From Acidobacteriota bacterium (GTDB lineage: Bacteria; Acidobacteriota; Thermoanaerobaculia; Multivoradales; J023), in NCBI GenBank assembly GCA_038530905.1, contig JBCBCF010000001.1, forward strand, positions 1 through 47,961: a stretch of DNA of 47,961 nt. Reading direction: 5' to 3'. Below the pieces are notes generated by a model, which had not been told where the DNA came from, did no database searches, and worked only from the letters and a program-made list of their open reading frames with translations. The position numbers and the translations under genes are program-made. Position 1 is the stretch's first letter; each line of letters opens with the position of its first letter. This document shows, one piece after another, positions 44,877 to 47,961 of the stretch.

Positions 44877-46303
44877 TGACGACGGACGCTTCCGACGTCC
44901 GGCGCGTGCTGGAACGGATCGTGCGGCGCGAGCGAGGTCGGCTGGTTGCCGGCCTCGCCGCGCGGCTCGGGCCGGCCGGCTTCGCTCTCGCCGAGGACGT
45001 GGCACAGGACGCCCTGGTCGAGGCGATGGCCGCTTGGCCGTATCAAGGCCTGCCGGACGAGCCGGCTGCGTGGCTGCAGCGCGTGGCCCGCAACAAAGCG
45101 ATCGACCGGCTTCGGCGCGACGGACGCCTCACGGCCGAGGAAGACCTCGCGCCCGTCCCGATCGCCGCTCGCCGGCCGCTGGAGCGGGGCGAGCTGTCAG
45201 ACCCCGAGCTGCGCCTCGCCGATCTCTGCTGTCATCCGACGCTCAGTCGGCTCGAGCAGCTGACGCTGACGCTCAAGATGGTCGGCGGCTTCACGGCACG
45301 GGAGGTGGCGACGGTTTTCTTGGCCGATCCCGCGGCGATCGGTCAAAGAGTCGCCCGCGCGCAGCGCAAGCTGCGAGCCGCGGTCGACGCCGAAGGAGAC
45401 CTCGGCGGCAGCGCGACGGTCTTCGAGTTGCGACGCAGGCTACCGGCGATCCGCCGGACGATCTACTTGCTGTTCAGCCTCGGCTACGCACCGCGCGATG
45501 GAGACCGGCTCGTTCGCGACGACGTCTGCCGCGAAGCCTGCCGACTCGCCGAGCTGCTCTGCGAGCACCCGGCGTCTCGAGACGCCGACAGTCACGCCCT
45601 CGCTGCCCTCCTCGCACTCCAATCGGCGCGACGTGCAGCGCGCACAGACGCCGAAGGGAAGCCGGTGCTGCTGCGGGACCAAGATCGTTCCCTGTGGGAT
45701 CGGGAAGCGATCGCACGCGGTGTCGAGCACCTCTCGCGGGCGCGCGACGCGGTGCGCCCAAGTGCCTGGCACCTCGAAGCAGCCATCGCCGCCGCGCACG
45801 CCGGCGCACCGACCTGGGAGGCGACGCCGTGGAGCGAGATCGATCGCTTGTATCGGCTGCTCGAACGCTTCTCACCCTCGCCCGTTGCCGCAGTCAACGG
45901 CTGCGTGGCGCGCATCATGGTCGGTCGGCCGCAAGAAGCCCTCGACCGCCTCGATACGCTGAGCGCCGAGGGCCGCCTGCGTCGCTTCTCCCTCCTGCAC
46001 CTCGCGCGGGCCGAAGCCCTCGACCAACTCGGGCGGAAGGAACACGCGGCGCAGGCTCTCCGGGAGGCGCAGCGAGGCGACCTCTCGGGAGCGGTGCGAC
46101 GATTTCTCGACGAGCAGCTGCAGGCGCGTCAGAGCGGAGAGAGCGCTCGCGTCACCCCACCGGAGAGTCGCCTGCCAGACAGCGAAGACCTCCGGGAAGA
46201 GCCTCAGCCGCCGAAGAGATCCGCGAGAGCCGCATCGAGCGACGGGAAGTCGAAGGCAAACCCCTCCTCCGCCAGCCGCCGCGACACGCAATACCGTCCG
46301 TAG
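44876..46303 (+). CDS. ECF sigma factor with a long C-terminal TPR-like extension (ECF42-type)
   Basis: Sigma2 ([43 protein letters not shown]), sigma4 ([19 protein letters not shown]) and a ~250-aa helical extension. The start overlaps the stop of the YCII gene (GTG 44873 or ATG 44876). The last ~100 nt overlap the convergent gene. Confidence 0.82.
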   Translation: MTTDASDVRRVLERIVRRERGRLVAGLAARLGPAGFALAEDVAQDALVEAMAAWPYQGLPDEPAAWLQRVARNKAIDRLRRDGRLTAEEDLAPVPIAARRPLERGELSDPELRLADLCCHPTLSRLEQLTLTLKMVGGFTAREVATVFLADPAAIGQRVARAQRKLRAAVDAEGDLGGSATVFELRRRLPAIRRTIYLLFSLGYAPRDGDRLVRDDVCREACRLAELLCEHPASRDADSHALAALLALQSARRAARTDAEGKPVLLRDQDRSLWDREAIARGVEHLSRARDAVRPSAWHLEAAIAAAHAGAPTWEATPWSEIDRLYRLLERFSPSPVAAVNGCVARIMVGRPQEALDRLDTLSAEGRLRRFSLLHLARAEALDQLGRKEHAAQALREAQRGDLSGAVRRFLDEQLQARQSGESARVTPPESRLPDSEDLREEPQPPKRSARAASSDGKSKANPSSASRRDTQYRP

Positions 46304-47118
46304 AGCGCAAGGTCGGGGTCGGTGCGCAGAACCAGCGGCGCTGCGATCTTGACCATCCAAGCGGCCGCCGGCAGGCCGATCGGGCGGCGGAGGGCTCGGC
46401 GCAGCCCGCGCATCAGCTCGGCATTCGAGACCGGATGCGGCGCCGTCGCCAGGTACGCGCCTGTCATCGAGCGGTCGTCGAGAGCACGCTCCAGCAGGCG
46501 GTTCATGTCGCGCTCGTGAATCCAGCTCACGCCTTGGCGGCCGCTACCGACCCGGCCTCCGAGGCCCCACCTAGCGAGCGACGCCAAGCGTTGGAGCGCG
46601 CCACCCGCGCGGCCGAGAACGAAGCTGGTGCGCAAGATGACCGTGCGCATGTCGTCGGGCGCAGACTCGGCCAACGCCCCTTCCCAGGCCCGCCCGACGA
46701 AGGGTGCCAGCCCTTCGCCGAACGCGGCGTCCTCATCGCACAGCACGTGCTCCGAATCGCCGTAGAGATGCGCCGTGGACATCTGGACCCAGACCCCCGG
46801 GCGCCGCTCGATGCGAGCCAGCGCTGCCCCGAGCACCCGCGTCGACTCCACGCGGGACCGAAGGATCTCGTCTCGATGTGCCGGCGTCTTCACGCAGTCC
46901 ACCGAGCGGCCGGCGAGATTGACCAGGCCCGCGGCTCCGTCGAGCGCCTCGATCCAATCTCCCAGCGATCGGCCGTCCCAGGCGACATGTGTCCATGCGC
47001 CCGCAGGCGGCGGGCTCCGCGAGAGCACCACCACCGGGCGGCAGCATGCGGTGAGATGGCGGGCGAGACTGAGGCCGAGAAAGCCGCTGCCGCCGGCGAT
47101 GACGATCGTTCCAGTCAT
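46204..47118 (-). CDS. TIGR01777/YfcH-like NAD-dependent epimerase family protein (SDR with C-terminal DUF1731)
   Basis: Rossmann motif [18 protein letters not shown], of typical length (~300 aa), with the C-terminus ...[21 protein letters not shown]. Confidence 0.8.
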   Translation of the reverse strand: MTGTIVIAGGSGFLGLSLARHLTACCRPVVVLSRSPPPAGAWTHVAWDGRSLGDWIEALDGAAGLVNLAGRSVDCVKTPAHRDEILRSRVESTRVLGAALARIERRPGVWVQMSTAHLYGDSEHVLCDEDAAFGEGLAPFVGRAWEGALAESAPDDMRTVILRTSFVLGRAGGALQRLASLARWGLGGRVGSGRQGVSWIHERDMNRLLERALDDRSMTGAYLATAPHPVSNAELMRGLRRALRRPIGLPAAAWMVKIAAPLVLRTDPDLALYGRYCVSRRLAEEGFAFDFPSLDAALADLFGG

Positions 47119-47166
47119 CGATCAACTGAGGTCTGTTCCGAGGAGGGCCTCATGAGGCTCAGGAGA

Positions 47167-47224
47167 CGACCGACCGAGAGCTCGACCGACCGAGAGCTCG
47201 ACCGACCGAGAGCTCGACCGACCG
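47167..47224. repeat. Tandem repeat, 16-bp unit CGACCGACCGAGAGCT x about 3.6
   Basis: Units at 47167, 47183 and 47199 plus a partial copy at 47215-47224, all perfect. Unit length is not a multiple of 3. It is intergenic, 49-106 nt upstream of the YfcH-like start. Confidence 0.9.
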
Positions 47225-47250
47225 GCCTCTCCCGCGAGCTCCTGGAGCTG

Positions 47251-47421
47251 CTACATGCCGCGAACGACCGTCGCCATGGCCAGGAGCACGAACGCGATCA
47301 TGACCAGCCAGAAGGAGTAGCCCGCGACCGGCGCGACGACTCCGAAGAATCCCAGGATTCCAAGAACTCCAAGAATGACAGCAAGAATCCAGACGGCTTG
47401 AGTGGGCGCGTTCAGTTTCAC
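47251..47421 (-). CDS. Small (56 aa) two-TM membrane protein, not in the supplied ORF track
   Basis: Hand translation gives MKLNAPTQAVWILAVILGVLGILGFFGVVAPVAGYSFWLVMIAFVLLAMATVVRGM*. The GTG start has GGAGG 8 nt upstream. It is below the track's length cutoff. Confidence 0.5.
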   Translation of the reverse strand: MKLNAPTQAVWILAVILGVLGILGFFGVVAPVAGYSFWLVMIAFVLLAMATVVRGM

Positions 47422-47520
47422 AGCAGGGCCTCCAGAAAGTTTATGGGACCATGCAACTGTATCGCAGGCCTAGGCCCTCAACCGCTGAATTCCGCGCTCC
47501 CGCGTCCCTCGGAGGCTCTC

Positions 47521-47892
47521 ATGTTGGCGTTCCTCTTCCGAGCCATTTTCATCGCTCTCTTCGCCGGCCTTGGATGGTTCCTGCATCAGCGGCGAATGGA
47601 GACCGAACACTTTCAGTCGATCCGCGGCGTGGTGCGGGAGGTGACGACCCGAGGCCATCGCTACGTGGCAATGGTCGACACCGACGGCGCGCACGGCGGC
47701 TCGTTCGAATTCGAGTTCGTCGAGCTCGGGGACCATCGCGAGGGCGAAACGATCGATGCCATGTGGGACGGACGCGATCCGTCGACCCTGCGGAGAGACC
47801 TTCGCGAATACTTCAAGCTCGGGGAGATCGCCTGCTTCGCGTTGGCAGGCATCCAGGTCCTGCTCTGGATCGTCGCTGCCCTCGCCGCCTGA
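47521..47892 (+). CDS. Small membrane protein (TM - soluble beta-rich segment - TM; DUF3592-like architecture)
   Basis: The ATG at 47521 has GGAGG 8 nt upstream. N-terminal TM LAFLFRAIFIALFAGLGWFL and C-terminal TM IACFALAGIQVLLWIVAALA. It lies in the last part of a spurious 952-aa track ORF. Confidence 0.6.
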   Translation: MLAFLFRAIFIALFAGLGWFLHQRRMETEHFQSIRGVVREVTTRGHRYVAMVDTDGAHGGSFEFEFVELGDHREGETIDAMWDGRDPSTLRRDLREYFKLGEIACFALAGIQVLLWIVAALAA

Positions 47893-47961
47893 TCTGGTTC
47901 GCCAATCCGAGCCGGATCACAAACGCGGGCGGCCCGATCTGGTGCTGGCCTGAAGTGGTGA

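Noticed and set aside
47167-47224. CRISPR array
   Set aside because: The repeats are directly abutting 16-mers with no spacers, and no cas genes are in the window. This is a simple tandem repeat.
45034-47892. 952-aa plus-strand ORF, the longest in the track
   Set aside because: Its composition is extremely Arg/Ala/Pro/Gly-rich. It runs antisense to or out of frame with the recognisable ECF42-type sigma and YfcH-like genes and crosses a 16-bp tandem repeat. It is a typical high-GC shadow ORF. Only its last 123 codons (from the ATG at 47521) look like a real gene.

Overview
High-GC (about 65-72% by eye) bacterial chromosomal segment. Gene content suggests an environmental Gram-negative lineage such as Acidobacteriota or Myxococcota, but that taxonomic guess is weak. 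Most of the window is core metabolism and signalling. Metabolic genes: metH (3' part), punA, hpt, ridA, ltaE, ribD-ribE, ftsY, aroB, aspS, a SahR-like regulator with ahcY. Signalling genes: STAS and GAF proteins, an FHA-GAF histidine kinase, an HD-GYP sensor with a Roadblock protein, an ECF sigma with a Ser/Thr kinase, and an ECF42-type sigma with a YCII protein. The region from about 8.4 to 21.5 kb looks accessory. It holds three paralogous sulfatase-like lipoproteins whose nucleophile position is Thr rather than Cys/Ser, a GlxA-type regulator with a DevBCA-type tripartite ABC exporter, and an ~820-aa secreted beta-helix protein. A frameshifted duplicate of one sulfatase-like gene's 3' end forms a rearrangement scar directly after devA. 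Next to the scar is a ~1 kb islet of much lower GC (43-45% in hand-counted 60-nt lines) carrying two translationally coupled ORFs with no family I can recognise. This islet is my best candidate for an undescribed system, though its function is entirely unknown. I also found several short tandem repeats, a sigma70-like promoter with an abutting perfect 14-bp palindrome upstream of the SahR-like gene, an orphan trio of minor-pseudopilin genes, and a 56-aa membrane ORF absent from the ORF track. Many long ORFs in the track are antisense or shadow ORFs typical of high-GC DNA and were rejected. All family calls come from motif recognition by eye; no searches were run.
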